Source: Octopus sinensis
Taxonomy: Eukaryota
Assembly (NCBI RefSeq): GCF_006345805.1
Contig: NC_043002.1
Coordinates: forward strand, 62,620,001 to 62,684,000
Length of the DNA: 64,000 nt
Direction: 5' to 3'
Of this stretch, positions 63,303 to 64,000 are shown in pieces (the stretch's first letter is position 1; each line of letters begins with the position of its first letter). The translations under genes were made by a program, and so were the position numbers. Below the pieces are notes generated by a model. It saw nothing but the letters and a program-made list of their open reading frames with translations. It had not been told where the DNA came from and did not search any database.

Positions 63303-64000
63303 GTATGCATTTATGTAAGTAGTATGAATGCATATATATGTGGGTATGTGCTTGTGTGCGAGCATGTTTGTGTGTGTGTATAATAAAATAGAATTTATAC
63401 CGCATCATTTTTAGAAAAAAAAAATTTGTTCTCGTCTAATAACAGCCACATTAAAACAACATGCATACAGACATACACATACTCACGCACACGCATAACG
63501 AGTTATGTAATTTATCGTCATCTGGCAATTTCGCATAGATGTCTGATGAAATGGTCTGGTTATGTAATAATATGATGTGCAACATGAAAGGGCTAATAAA
63601 TAATCATTAAATGGAAACGTCGTAATATAATGCGAACAATGTCTCTATTCAAATTCCTTTATTACAAACACACAAACACGCACACACACGTAAACACACA
63701 CGCACATACACGCACACATGACAATGCGAAACAAGTTATTTGAAGGGTCATTGACACAAGAATAGACTCGACTTATTAGAATATGGGTATAAGATTTTAT
63801 TCTTACAAAAGGCGTTCGAATATTGTAGAAAGGTATCAAAAATAGCAGATTGAAACCAATTAAATTCTCACTTGAGATTTAAAAGCTTTCGAGCTTTCAT
63901 TATCGGAAGTGAAGGTATCAAGATATGAATAACTCGATCATGTTCGTTAATTATATTGCGGCGAATGATCTCTGTTCGGATTGCGTGGTTAAAGAATGGC

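Overview
AT-rich, microsatellite-saturated eukaryotic DNA; the SINE families look like octopus/coleoid cephalopod repeats (inference from recognition, not from a search). No host protein-coding gene can be supported with confidence, and almost every ORF in the supplied track is a translation of simple repeats. The one real coding unit is a young Penelope-like retroelement (PLE) at about 29057-36157, inserted in a (TA)n tract. It consists of a complete 4273-bp unit on the minus strand (an ORF1-like frame, then an RT plus GIY-YIG frame offset by -1 across a U7 heptamer), a 5'-truncated tandem copy acting as pseudo-LTR, and a 1.18-kb inverted copy. Each copy carries a minimal type I hammerhead ribozyme (HHR) motif. 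The main result of the hunt is that at least five unrelated short inserts in (TA)n tracts and one tRNA-headed SINE family also carry minimal HHR motifs, and several of them share the PLE's geometry of a fold-back (inverted duplication) at the 5' end. This suggests a diverse population of non-autonomous HHR-bearing passengers. The rest of the window is tRNA-derived SINEs of several families, a ~555-bp non-tRNA interspersed repeat, CR1, RTE and R4-like LINE remnants, a pogo/Tigger-type MITE and a 100-N scaffold gap. All alignments and folds were done by eye; coordinates of degenerate repeats are approximate.
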